A DNA stretch of 64,000 nt, from NCBI GenBank assembly GCA_052390235.1, contig JBQTHB010000008.1, positions 1-64,000 on the forward strand. Reading direction: 5' to 3'. The first letter of the stretch is position 1, and every line of letters starts with the position of its first letter. The translations under genes and the position numbers were made by a program. Below, one piece after another: positions 20,195 to 30,099 of the stretch. The notes beneath the pieces were generated by a model that ran no database searches, was not told the origin of the DNA, and was given only the letters and a program-made list of their open reading frames with translations. This stretch comes from Deltaproteobacteria bacterium. Lineage in GTDB: Bacteria; Desulfobacterota_D; UBA1144; Nemesobacterales; CSP1-2.

Positions 20195-20398
20195 ATGCCA
20201 AAGATTAAAGTAAAATCAAATAGAAGCGCCGCAAAGCGATTCAGAGTAACCGGCACGGGGAAGATTAAGAGATGGTCGGGCGGCAAAAGCCACTCAAACG
20301 TAAAAAAGGGCAGAAAGCGCGTCAACAGGCTCGCATCTGGCAAGTACCATGAAGGCACGGAAGCGATTCGCATAAAGAGGGTTCTGCCGTATCTCTAA
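20195..20398 (+). CDS. rpmI: 50S ribosomal protein L35
   Basis: MPK..KSNRSAAKRFRVTGTGK; position after infC. Confidence 0.95.
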   Translation: MPKIKVKSNRSAAKRFRVTGTGKIKRWSGGKSHSNVKKGRKRVNRLASGKYHEGTEAIRIKRVLPYL

Positions 20399-20475
20399 GC
20401 GGCGCGCCCGAATTCGCGCAGGTGCAATTTTTGCGCATCCGTCAATTTAGGAAGATTATCTAAGGAGAAGAAGTA

Positions 20476-20829
20476 ATGAGAGTCAAAAGAGGAGTTTCAT
20501 CCAGAGCGAGACGTAAAAAACTGCTCAAGCAGACCAAGGGCTATTACGGGAGGAGGAAGAATCTCGTAAGGAGGGCTAAGGAAACCCTGCTTCGGGCACT
20601 TGCCTATTCCTACAGGGACAGGCGTCAGAGAAGGCGCGATTTCAGAAGGCTGTGGATAGTGAGAATCAACGCGGCAGTAGAGCCTTTCGGGCTTTCCTAC
20701 AGCAAGTTTATGGGGGCAATTAAAAAGGCCGGAGTCGAGCTGGACAGAAAGTCCCTCTCCGAGATGGCAATTCGAGACCCGGAGAGTTTTAAGTCTGTGG
20801 TCGAAATCGCTAAATCTGCTCTAAATTAA
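20476..20829 (+). CDS. rplT: 50S ribosomal protein L20
   Basis: RVKRG, AYSYRDRR, FRRLWIVRINAA. Confidence 0.97.
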   Translation: MRVKRGVSSRARRKKLLKQTKGYYGRRKNLVRRAKETLLRALAYSYRDRRQRRRDFRRLWIVRINAAVEPFGLSYSKFMGAIKKAGVELDRKSLSEMAIRDPESFKSVVEIAKSALN

Positions 20830-20951
20830 ATCCGAAATGAATCAGTGGGGGGAGCGTGAAAGCTCTCCTCCCATCTCTAGTGGTTTAGCCCGTCATAGTA
20901 ATTGCGACTTGGTTTGTCCGCCCTCCCCCCTAGCTATTCGATGGCGTTAAA

Positions 20952-21611
20952 TCAGAGAATCTCGTGAGGGTCGTCCTCCAGTGGGCATCCGGCGCAAAGA
21001 GGCGACTTTTTCCTGCACCGCTCTTTCCCAAGCCTCACTAAGAGGGCGTGGTACTCATTAAAAATCCCCGCCTCATCTGGCAGGGCGCGCATAAACGCAT
21101 CTTGCATCTCCTCGTAATTTGTCTCCTGGGGAATGATCCCGTGCCTCGATAAAATCCTATGAGTGTAGGCGTCCACGACAAATACCGTCTTCCCTGCGGC
21201 GTAGAGCAGGATGCTGTCGGCGGTTTCTGCCCCTATGCCCTTTACATCGAGCAGCTGCCGGCGTAGAACTTCGGTGTCAGAGGCGAGCATTTCATCCAGA
21301 TTTCCGTTGTATGAATCGCCGAGAAAGCGGATAAAATTTTTAATTTTCTGCGCTTTTTGATTGAAATATCCAGACGGGCGAATCACCTCCGCGAGGCTGG
21401 GGGTGTCAATCGCGGCGAGGCGTTCAATTAAAATCATACCCCCTGCCTTGAGATTCCCGATTGCCCTCTCGACGTTTGTCCACGAGGTGTTCTGCGTGAG
21501 AATCGCTCCGAGGATGCACTCAAGCGGGCTATCGGAGGGCCACCACCCCTGGGGGCCGTATCGGTTCATAAGGCGCTCGTAAATCAGGCGAATCCGCTCG
21601 GATTTGGTCAT
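20952..21611 (-). CDS. Endonuclease III-related HhH-GPD DNA glycosylase
   Basis: GPQGWWP, GAILTQNTSW, GIGAETADSILLYA, VVDAYT, C-terminal Cys cluster. Confidence 0.88.
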   Translation of the reverse strand: MTKSERIRLIYERLMNRYGPQGWWPSDSPLECILGAILTQNTSWTNVERAIGNLKAGGMILIERLAAIDTPSLAEVIRPSGYFNQKAQKIKNFIRFLGDSYNGNLDEMLASDTEVLRRQLLDVKGIGAETADSILLYAAGKTVFVVDAYTHRILSRHGIIPQETNYEEMQDAFMRALPDEAGIFNEYHALLVRLGKERCRKKSPLCAGCPLEDDPHEIL

Positions 21612-21694
21612 ATTGATGAAAATATAACGGATTTCCCTTAGCGCCGCTTCATGGGTAAAATACCCCCCACTTTAATAACGAGGAGATATGCAAA

Positions 21695-22765
21695 GTGCCA
21701 AAGATTCTAGTTCTCAGCGGAGACGGAATTGGAGTTGAAGTTACGAGGGTGAGCGTCGAAATACTGTCGGCGGTCGGGAGGAAGCACGGTATTGAATTCA
21801 ATTTCGAGGATGAGCTTTTCGGCGGAAGCTCGATAGACGCCCGCGGAGTGCCGGTAACCCCCGAAGTCCTCGAAAAAGCCAAAGCGGCAGACGCAGTGCT
21901 TCTCGGCGCAGTGGGCGGCCCCAAGTGGGACTCGCTTGAGTACAACATCAGACCTGAGCGGGGGCTTCTGGCGCTGAGGAAAGAACTCGACGCTTTTGCC
22001 AACCTCAGGCCCGCAGTGGTGTATTCCGCCCTTGCCGACGCCTCGTCTCTAAAACGGGAAATCGTTGAAGGAGTGGACATCATGGTCGTGAGGGAGCTTA
22101 CCGGAGGAATATACTTCGGCTCTCCGAGAGGGGTTAGGAAACTTGCCGACGGGCAGGAGCAGGGGGTAAACACCCTCGTCTATACGACGTCCGAAATTGA
22201 GCGAGTGGCGAGGGTCGCATTTGGCATAGCGCGCAAACGCAAGGGGCGGCTCACCTCAATTGATAAGGCAAACGTGCTTGACTGCATGGAGCTGTGGCGA
22301 AGAACCGTGGCGAGAGTGGGCAGAGACGAATTTCCTGATATTGAGCTTGACCACCTATACGTGGATAACGCCGCCATGCAGCTCATCCGAAGACCAAGGA
22401 GCTTTGATGTAATCCTCGCCGACAATATGTTCGGAGACATCTTGAGCGACGAGGCGGCACAGCTCACAGGCTCTTTAGGGATGCTCCCCTCGGCGAGTAT
22501 CGGGCGCGGGGCGATTTATGAACCCGTTCACGGAAGCGCGCCGGATATCGCAGGACGGGACATCGCAAACCCCATAGCCTCGGTGCTTACATCGGCCATG
22601 ATGCTCCGATATACGCTTGGCAAAGACGCCGCCGCCGATGAGCTTGAGGGGGCTGTGAAAAGGGCGCTTGAGCGCGGCTACAGAACGGCAGACATCGCCC
22701 GCGAGGGAGAGTCAAAGGTCGGATGCCACGAGATGGGGAATTTGATTCTCGCAGGAATCGTATAG
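21695..22765 (+). CDS. leuB: 3-isopropylmalate dehydrogenase
   Basis: GDGIG, VRELTGGIYFG, NMFGDILSD, EPVHGSAPDIAG. Confidence 0.97.
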   Translation: MPKILVLSGDGIGVEVTRVSVEILSAVGRKHGIEFNFEDELFGGSSIDARGVPVTPEVLEKAKAADAVLLGAVGGPKWDSLEYNIRPERGLLALRKELDAFANLRPAVVYSALADASSLKREIVEGVDIMVVRELTGGIYFGSPRGVRKLADGQEQGVNTLVYTTSEIERVARVAFGIARKRKGRLTSIDKANVLDCMELWRRTVARVGRDEFPDIELDHLYVDNAAMQLIRRPRSFDVILADNMFGDILSDEAAQLTGSLGMLPSASIGRGAIYEPVHGSAPDIAGRDIANPIASVLTSAMMLRYTLGKDAAADELEGAVKRALERGYRTADIAREGESKVGCHEMGNLILAGIV

Positions 22766-22999
22766 AGTCGCCGGAGATTTTTACCGCCATCGGCGCGAAG
22801 GCTCTAATCCGAGAGGGGCGCTCTATAGTTGAATTCGGAGAAAAAAATAAAAACTATTTATGGATACGCGCAAGCCCTCGGCGAGGCGAGAGCGCGGGTT
22901 GCAGCGGAGAGTGAAATCGAGCGAGGCGGCAAGGCTTCAAATTTATGATGGCGCCTGAGCCGAGAGAATAAAATCAGTTCCTAAGGAGGCATCCAAACA

Positions 23000-24010
23000 A
23001 TGATAGGTAAATTCAAAGCCGCCGCGGTTCAAACCGCCCCTGTTTTCCTGAACAAGCGCGAGACAATTGGCAAGGTCTGCGGTCTCATCGAAGAGGCAGG
23101 CGAGAGCGGCGCAAAGCTCATAGTGTTCCCCGAAGCCCTCATCCCAACCTACCCCTATTGGCCCAAAGACGCAGGCGCCGGAGCAGAGCGCAAACTCATC
23201 ATGGACACCTACACGGAGCTATATAAAAATTCAATCGAAATACCCGGCGCAGATACCGATAAAATCGCCGCCGCCGCAAAGAGCGCGCGCTCATACGTGG
23301 TCATTGGGGTAAACGAGAGGGCGGGCGGCACCCTCTACAACACGATGCTCTTTTTCGACGACAAGGGAGGAGTCCTCGGGAAACGCAGAAAACTCATGGG
23401 GATACACAGCGAAAAGTGCATCTGGGGGATGGGCGGCGCGCAGGACCTGCCCGTTTTCGATACGGACATCGGCAAAATTGGCGGTCTTTTCTGCTACGAA
23501 CACCACATGACCCTCGCTAAATACGCCCTGTTCACAAAGGGCGAGCAGATTCATGTAGGGCTGTGGGCGGGACACGGCTTCGTGAAACCCACGATGGATT
23601 TTGCAAGCAGGCAATACGCCTTCGAGGGGCAGGTATTTGTCATAACGGCGTCGCTCTACGTGAATTCCGATATGATTCCCGATAGCTTCCCACTCAAAAA
23701 AACGACCGAGTGGGATTTTCCCGGCGGAAGCGCGATAATTAACCCCCGCGGCGAGTGCATAGCAGGCCCTATTTATGACAGAGAGGGCATCATCTATGCC
23801 GACATTGACCCGGATATGATAATTCGGGCAAAGGGGGTGATTGACGGGGTCGGGCATTTCTCTAGACCCGATATTCTGAGACTAAACCTCTGCAGCTCGG
23901 CAGATGGTTCGTCGCAGGTAGAGGAGCTAACACGAGCCATAGAGGATTTGCAGGAGAGGCAGAGCGAGCTTGAATCGAAGCTGGAGCGGGCGCTGAAATC
24001 CCGGCAGTGA
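23000..24010 (+). CDS. Nitrilase (carbon-nitrogen hydrolase) with C-terminal coiled-coil extension
   Basis: Triad FPEA..P, RRKL, CYEH; GHFSRPD; AAGGAGG SD. Confidence 0.88.
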   Translation: MIGKFKAAAVQTAPVFLNKRETIGKVCGLIEEAGESGAKLIVFPEALIPTYPYWPKDAGAGAERKLIMDTYTELYKNSIEIPGADTDKIAAAAKSARSYVVIGVNERAGGTLYNTMLFFDDKGGVLGKRRKLMGIHSEKCIWGMGGAQDLPVFDTDIGKIGGLFCYEHHMTLAKYALFTKGEQIHVGLWAGHGFVKPTMDFASRQYAFEGQVFVITASLYVNSDMIPDSFPLKKTTEWDFPGGSAIINPRGECIAGPIYDREGIIYADIDPDMIIRAKGVIDGVGHFSRPDILRLNLCSSADGSSQVEELTRAIEDLQERQSELESKLERALKSRQ

Positions 24011-24056
24011 GACACTACTCGAATTTAACAATCACACACATCAAAGGAGCGCATCA

Positions 24057-24425
24057 ATGAAGACACTTGACGACATCAAGCACGATAAAGAACTCCTGTC
24101 CGTAATAAGATGGGACATGAAGCCGAGGGAGAAAATCCGACGCACAGGCAATGAAACCCCGGAGCAAAGCGAGGAAATCCGCAAACAGCTCCTCGAGGGG
24201 GTCGGCTTTTACTTCCACATCGAGATTCGCTACCAGTACCCATCGCTCTACCTGTATGAGAGCTACCCGGACGGCTCAGGGAAATTCGTCGCCGAAGCCC
24301 CAGACGCGCCGCCCGATATGATAGAAGAGGCGGTGCTGGGGTCAGGAGGAGCGATGGATAGAGACGGGCGTTATCCGGTCAGCGAGCGCGTAAAGACGTG
24401 GCTCAGGGGACGGCTTGAGATATAG
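24057..24425 (+). CDS. Hypothetical protein (weak resemblance to DVU0772-like family)
   Basis: AAGGAG SD; follows the nitrilase closely; IRWDMKP and FYFHIE pattern. Confidence 0.65.
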   Translation: MKTLDDIKHDKELLSVIRWDMKPREKIRRTGNETPEQSEEIRKQLLEGVGFYFHIEIRYQYPSLYLYESYPDGSGKFVAEAPDAPPDMIEEAVLGSGGAMDRDGRYPVSERVKTWLRGRLEI

Positions 24426-24539
24426 AGCCGGACTCCTGCCCAGTATAGGCGATTTAATCCGAGCCTCGAAGCCAAGGCGTATTGCAATTCTGAATCGGAA
24501 TTATTTATAATCAGGAAAATTTATCCAGAGAGGTGAACA

Positions 24540-25601
24540 ATGGGAAGTGAAATAAAATTTGGTCTTTCTGCTCCCATGCCCGGGGCAGACCTAAATGGGC
24601 TACTTAAATTCTCGGAGCAGGCCGACAAACTCGGCTTTGACAGTGTTTGGTATCCCGACCACGTCGTCTTTGTCTCCCCGACGGAGGCGCACGAGGCTTG
24701 GACCATCGCCACAGCCGCCGCCGCGCTTACGAACAATATAAGCCTCGGCACCGTGTCTGACCCGCACAGAATGCATCCGGCTGTGTTTGCGCAGAGGCTC
24801 GCCACAATTGACCACATCTCCAAAGGCAGGGTCAAGGTATCGCTCGGCGTGGGAGAGTCCATGAATCTCGACGCATACGGCATCAAGTGGGACAAACCCC
24901 TCACGAGACTGCGCGAGTGTATGCAGGTGATGCAGAAGCTCTGGAGGGGCGACGGCTCCGTGAATTACGCAGGGCAGTTCTACAGCCTCACCGACGCATT
25001 CCTTCAGGTCAAACCCTACGAGCGGGACAGGATTCCAATTTACATATCCACTCACACCCCCAAAGGGCTTCAACTCACAGGAGAGCTTGGCGACGGCTGG
25101 CTTCCCATTGACTTAAACCCCAAGCTCTACGGCGAGTACCTCGGAGCGGTTCACGAGGGGGCGAAATCCGTCGGGCGCAATTTAGAAGGGGACGGCTTCG
25201 ACCCGGCTCTGTGGGTGTTCACCTCGCTTGGGAACAACGAAGACGAGGCTTATGAGTCGCTCAAACCCTGGCGCTACGTCCTCATCATGCAGGAGCAACT
25301 CAAAAAAGCGGGATACGACATCGAAATCCCCGAAGAGTACAAGGGGCTTAACTACTTCAACGTCGTTCCGCAGGACGCCGAGGGCAGGGCGAAATTCAGA
25401 AAAATAGGCGAATTCTTCCCCCGCGAGGCAGTGCTTGATTTCACCATCACAGGCTCGAAGGACGACTGCATCAAGAAAATTGAGAAATTCATTGACAAGG
25501 GCGTGCGGCATTTCGTCCTGTTCTACCGCTTCAGCCCAGACCAGCAAAAAGCCCTCGACGTTTATTCAAAGGAGATTATCCCCTATTTCAAAGGGAAATA
25601 A
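24540..25601 (+). CDS. LLM-class (luciferase-like) flavin/F420-dependent oxidoreductase
   Basis: GFDSVWYPDH, HPAVFAQRLATIDHISKGR..LGVGE, GDGWLP; TTGCAA-N18-TATAAT promoter at 24482-24511. Confidence 0.88.
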   Translation: MGSEIKFGLSAPMPGADLNGLLKFSEQADKLGFDSVWYPDHVVFVSPTEAHEAWTIATAAAALTNNISLGTVSDPHRMHPAVFAQRLATIDHISKGRVKVSLGVGESMNLDAYGIKWDKPLTRLRECMQVMQKLWRGDGSVNYAGQFYSLTDAFLQVKPYERDRIPIYISTHTPKGLQLTGELGDGWLPIDLNPKLYGEYLGAVHEGAKSVGRNLEGDGFDPALWVFTSLGNNEDEAYESLKPWRYVLIMQEQLKKAGYDIEIPEEYKGLNYFNVVPQDAEGRAKFRKIGEFFPREAVLDFTITGSKDDCIKKIEKFIDKGVRHFVLFYRFSPDQQKALDVYSKEIIPYFKGK

Positions 25602-25623
25602 CGAATACTCATTCAGCCGGGCT

Positions 25624-25668
25624 GGGGGAAGGAGGAGACCGCAGTCTCCCCTCTCTCCCCTGCGTTTT
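25624..25668 (+). terminator. Probable intrinsic terminator after the LLM gene
   Basis: GGGGGAAGGAGGAGAC/GTCTCCCCTCTCTCCCC stem followed by GCGTTTT. Confidence 0.55.
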
Positions 25669-25843
25669 ATTATCTGCCAATTGCCGGCAGAAGGGCCGCC
25701 CCTAATCGAATCAGCCGCGATTTTGGACGATACGGCAAATCATACAATTGCCCGCTGCCAAGAAATCTGGAGAGCAGAGATTATTGACAATTACGGCTCT
25801 TCCAGTTAAAAATTCCATCAATTTAAATCGGGAGATAGGCACA

Positions 25844-26830
25844 ATCAGCACATTAGACGTTATCAGAGAAAAGCTCTTGGACAGAGAGGAGAGCATAACC
25901 TTTGACGAGGCAATGGCTCTCACGGAACTGCCCAAAGACCAGGTTCCAGACCTCATTTCGCTTGCGAGAAAGGTTACCCTTAAATACAAGGGCGACGGCG
26001 TATTTCTGCGCTCCATCATAAGCGCGCAGACCGGCAACTGCCCGGAGGACTGCTCGTTCTGCTCTCAATCCGCTCATTTTGACACGCAGATAACCGCGCA
26101 TCCGCTCATGGCGGCGGAGATGATACTCAAGGCGGCAAAGCAGGCGGAATCCCTCGGGGCAATGGATTTTTGCATCGTCATCAGCGCCAAGGGGCCGACT
26201 CCGCGCGTATTTAAAAAGGTACTCGAAGCCGTTGACCTCCTCAGAGAAAACACGAATCTTAAAATCGGATGCTCCCTCGGCTCGCTCACCGAAGAGCAGG
26301 CGTTCACGCTCAAAGCGCACGGCGTGTGGCGTTATAACCACAACCTCGAAGCCTCGCGCAGTTTCTTCCCGAACGTCTGCACAACTCATAGCTACGAGGA
26401 CAGGTGGAACACCGGTCAGCTCGTGAAAAAAGCTGGGATGAACCTGTGTTCAGGGGGGATTTTGGGCATGGGCGAGAGCGTACGGCAGAGGCTTGAGCTT
26501 GCCTTCGAGGTGCGGGAACTTGGCCCAACGTGGGTGCCGATAAATTTCCTGAACCCGAGGCCAGGAACGCCTTTTGAGAATTTCCCGAAGCTGTCCCCGT
26601 TTGAAGCCGTGAAGACCATCTCGATTTTCAGGTTGATTCTGCCCGATAAAATTCTCATGACTGCGGGCGGAAGAGAGGTAACGCTCCGAGACCTCCAGGC
26701 AATGGGGCTTATCGCCGGAGCCAACGCCATGATACTTGGGAATTACCTCACGACACCGGGGCGCGCTCCTGAAGACGACCTGCGGATGCTCGACGACCTG
26801 CAGATGCCCGTAAGGCGGGATGTGAATTAA
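25844..26830 (+). CDS. bioB: Biotin synthase (start uncertain; ATC 25844 proposed)
   Basis: GNCPEDCSFCSQS, YNHNLE, CSGGILGMGE, AGGRE, GNYLTT. Confidence 0.93.
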   Translation: MSTLDVIREKLLDREESITFDEAMALTELPKDQVPDLISLARKVTLKYKGDGVFLRSIISAQTGNCPEDCSFCSQSAHFDTQITAHPLMAAEMILKAAKQAESLGAMDFCIVISAKGPTPRVFKKVLEAVDLLRENTNLKIGCSLGSLTEEQAFTLKAHGVWRYNHNLEASRSFFPNVCTTHSYEDRWNTGQLVKKAGMNLCSGGILGMGESVRQRLELAFEVRELGPTWVPINFLNPRPGTPFENFPKLSPFEAVKTISIFRLILPDKILMTAGGREVTLRDLQAMGLIAGANAMILGNYLTTPGRAPEDDLRMLDDLQMPVRRDVN

Positions 26831-26991
26831 TGCGCGGTGGACGATGAGAGCGAGATATAAGACGCGCATCTAAATCTGCCAATCGCCTAGGGAGGGGGGG
26901 GGAAATTACCCATGGGCATATGCCAGCGCTTCAGCCATCTCGCCCTGCGCATTTTGTACTATAAACCCTGTATCATAAATCCTGATTAGCC

Positions 26992-28350
26992 ATGTCTGAG
27001 CGCACAAAAAGACTCGCCGAATACGACCTCCAGTACATCTGGCATCCGTTTACGCAGATGAAGGAGTACGAGAGCAAAGACCCGGTCATCATAGAGGACG
27101 CCGAAGGGGTGTATCTCAAGGACACCGAGGGCAGACGTTACATTGACGGCGTATCCTCGCTTTGGGTGAACGTTCATGGGCATAAAGTCCCAGAAATTGA
27201 CCGCGCTATAAAGAATCAGGTTGACCGGCTCGGACACAGCACCCTGCTCGGCATAACGAATCCTCCGGCGGCGGAGCTCGCGAAAGAAATCATAGGGGTC
27301 TGCCCCCCCGGACTCAAAAAGGTGTTTTATTCAGGAGATGGGGCATCGGCCGTGGAAGCCGCGCTGAAGATGGCTTATCAGTACTGGCAGCACAAAGGAA
27401 AGCCGGGGAAATCAAAATTCGTCTCGCTTCAAAACGGCTATCACGGGGACACGCTTGGGGCGGTTTCCGTAGGCGGCATTGAAATATTCCACGCCACATT
27501 CAAGCCTCTACTCTTTGAGTCATTCAAAGCCCCATCCTATTACTGCTACAGATGCCCGCTGGGCAGAACATACCCTGAGTGCAAAATCGCCTGCGCCGAC
27601 GAGGTGGGGGAGATTCTCCGCGAGCATCACGATGAGGTCGCCGCCGTGATATTTGAGCCATACGTGCAGGCGGCAGGGGGGATGATAGTTTCGCCGGAGG
27701 GGTATCTCAGAAAAATCAGAGACTACTGCGACAGATACGGAGTCCTCTTAATACTCGATGAGGTGGCGACCGGATTCGGGCGCACGGGGCGGATGTTTGC
27801 CTGCGAGCATGATAACGTAACCCCCGATATTCTAGTTCTCGGCAAGGGGATGACCGGGGGATACCTGCCCCTTTCAGCGACGATAACGACGCAAGAGGTT
27901 TATGACGCTTTCCTTGGCGACTACGAGGAATTCAAGACCTTCTTCCACGGACACAGCTACGCCGGGAATCCAATATCCTGCGCGGCGGGGCTTGGAAACC
28001 TTGAGGCGTTTAGAAACAACCGCGCGCTTGAGATGCTGGGGGAGAAAGTCGAGATTCTCGAAGACGAGCTTCGGGAATTCTGGGGGCTTCCCCATGTGGG
28101 CGATGTAAGAAGCAAAGGCTTTATGGTGGGGATTGAGCTTGTCGAGGATAAGGAGACGAAAACGCCCTATCCCGCCAAGATGAAAATGGGCTGGCGCGTC
28201 GCCGAGCTTGCAATGGAAGATGAGGTTTTAATCCGCCCGCTTGGGAATGTAGTTGTGCTGATGCCGCCAATTGGAATCTCAGGGGAAGATCTCAGAAAGC
28301 TCCTGCGCGCCACGTATAAGGCGGTAAAAAAAGCGACTGAGGAGGGGTGA
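26992..28350 (+). CDS. bioA: Adenosylmethionine-8-amino-7-oxononanoate aminotransferase
   Basis: IWHPFTQM, SSLWVNVHGH, YHGDT, DEVATGFGRTG, GKGMTGGYLPL. Confidence 0.96.
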   Translation: MSERTKRLAEYDLQYIWHPFTQMKEYESKDPVIIEDAEGVYLKDTEGRRYIDGVSSLWVNVHGHKVPEIDRAIKNQVDRLGHSTLLGITNPPAAELAKEIIGVCPPGLKKVFYSGDGASAVEAALKMAYQYWQHKGKPGKSKFVSLQNGYHGDTLGAVSVGGIEIFHATFKPLLFESFKAPSYYCYRCPLGRTYPECKIACADEVGEILREHHDEVAAVIFEPYVQAAGGMIVSPEGYLRKIRDYCDRYGVLLILDEVATGFGRTGRMFACEHDNVTPDILVLGKGMTGGYLPLSATITTQEVYDAFLGDYEEFKTFFHGHSYAGNPISCAAGLGNLEAFRNNRALEMLGEKVEILEDELREFWGLPHVGDVRSKGFMVGIELVEDKETKTPYPAKMKMGWRVAELAMEDEVLIRPLGNVVVLMPPIGISGEDLRKLLRATYKAVKKATEEG

Positions 28351-28531
28351 TGTTAGAGATTTGGACTATATGAGCAGATGTTATCTGATTACGATGTCGC
28401 ATCAACACCGCTCCAATGAATCCCTCCTCGAATCCGTAAATAACAGTTAATCCGCAGATTAAGCACAGTTCGTAACATTTATATAATCTGTATATACTTT
28501 TATCCGAGAAAATTATACAATTGGGGGAAAG

Positions 28532-29980
28532 ATGAGAGTACTCTTAGTCAATCCGTACAATGTAGGATGGAGCGGGCTTCAGAACATACTTCAGCTCGAA
28601 CCCCTTGGGCTTGAGTTGATAGCGACAAACCTCCTCGCGAATCACGATATTTACATCCTCGATTTGCGCTACGAGCCGGACTTGGAAGGGTTTCTCGCCT
28701 CCTGGAAGCCCGACATCGTCGGGGTATCCTGCCTCTACACGAGCCACATCGGCGCTACTTGGGACATAGCCCAGAGAATAAAGCGCGTATCCCAGAGAAT
28801 AACGGTATTCACCGGAGGCAACCCCCCTACCCTCGCCCCTGAATACTTCAATTCCCCCGATATTGACTACATAGTCAGAGGGGACGGCGAGCTGACGATT
28901 GCCGACCTGTGCAGAGGGATCGAGGGGAAAATGGATTTTCGAGACATCCCGGGACTGGTCGTAAACTCATCCGGCGCTCAGAGCATGACCAAAGACCGCC
29001 TCTTGCCCTCGGATTTCACAGGCACGCCAATACCCAACAGAAACCTCCCCGGCATCAACCGGCGCAATTACTATCTCGGACTCCAGAGGGAGATTGCCAA
29101 CTATGAACTCACGCGGGGGTGCAAGTTTAGGTGCAACTTCTGCGCCATCTGGAAATTCGCCGACGGCACTGTGCGCTCCCGAACGGTTGAGGACGCCGTG
29201 GCGGAGCTTGCGCGCATCAAAGAGGAGAGAATTTTTATATCCGACGACCACTTCTTCTTCGACGGCGGCTACATGAAAGAGCTTGGACGGGCGATAGTTG
29301 ACGCGCGCCTCGGCAAGAAATTCTTTATTCAGTCCCGCACGGACGTAATGGCTGAACACCCGGACATGATAGATATTTGGAAGGAGGCAGGGCTCAACAC
29401 GGTATTCATAGGCTTTGACGGACACACAAAAGAGCGGCTTCGCGCTATTAGGAAATCCGCCATGCCCAACGACAACGAACTAGCCGTTCAGGTGCTGCAG
29501 GAGCGCGGCGTGCAGATAATGGGCAACCTCATCGTTGACCCAAACTTCACGAGAGAGGATTTCGCCAACGTCAGAGGCTACATCAGGGCGAACAATCTGG
29601 GGTTTCTCACCTACTGCATCACAACCCCTTTCCCCGGCACGGACGTTTGGAACACCAGACGCGCCGAGGTCTCGACCCTCGATTTCAGCCTGTACGATTT
29701 GGCTCACGCGGTGCTTAAAACCTCGCTTCCGCTTGAGGAATTTTACGCCGAGTACGTGAGCCTGTGGCAACTGAGGCAGGAACTTCAGCCGCCGCTCTCC
29801 GTAGTGGACAAGGCTAAGATGATTGCCCGCGCCGCCGCAAACAACGGGGGCAGTCTCGAGCTACTGCGCCGAGCCGAGCATTTCACAACCGCCTATGCCA
29901 AAATTGAAAACTATACTGCCGACCACAGGGGAAGCTCAAAAAATTCATTCGTGCATTGGGAAAACCAGAGAACCGCATAG
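28532..29980 (+). CDS. Cobalamin-dependent radical SAM protein, HpnR-like
   Basis: LEPLGLELIA B12-domain start; RGCKFRCNFC; TPFPGT; YDLAHAVLKTSLPLEEFY. Confidence 0.85.
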   Translation: MRVLLVNPYNVGWSGLQNILQLEPLGLELIATNLLANHDIYILDLRYEPDLEGFLASWKPDIVGVSCLYTSHIGATWDIAQRIKRVSQRITVFTGGNPPTLAPEYFNSPDIDYIVRGDGELTIADLCRGIEGKMDFRDIPGLVVNSSGAQSMTKDRLLPSDFTGTPIPNRNLPGINRRNYYLGLQREIANYELTRGCKFRCNFCAIWKFADGTVRSRTVEDAVAELARIKEERIFISDDHFFFDGGYMKELGRAIVDARLGKKFFIQSRTDVMAEHPDMIDIWKEAGLNTVFIGFDGHTKERLRAIRKSAMPNDNELAVQVLQERGVQIMGNLIVDPNFTREDFANVRGYIRANNLGFLTYCITTPFPGTDVWNTRRAEVSTLDFSLYDLAHAVLKTSLPLEEFYAEYVSLWQLRQELQPPLSVVDKAKMIARAAANNGGSLELLRRAEHFTTAYAKIENYTADHRGSSKNSFVHWENQRTA

Positions 29981-30099
29981 CCCTCCACGATTCAATGCGG
30001 CGCGGCGGATTTTGAGGCGCTCCTTACTAAGCTCGGCAGATTTTATCACTGAGGCGGCGGGGCTGGAGGGTTTAGGCTAGAATTATCCGGTATCCGACC

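Noticed and set aside
22800..22990. GC-rich leader before the nitrilase as a riboswitch
   Set aside because: Some hairpin potential but no riboswitch consensus recognised
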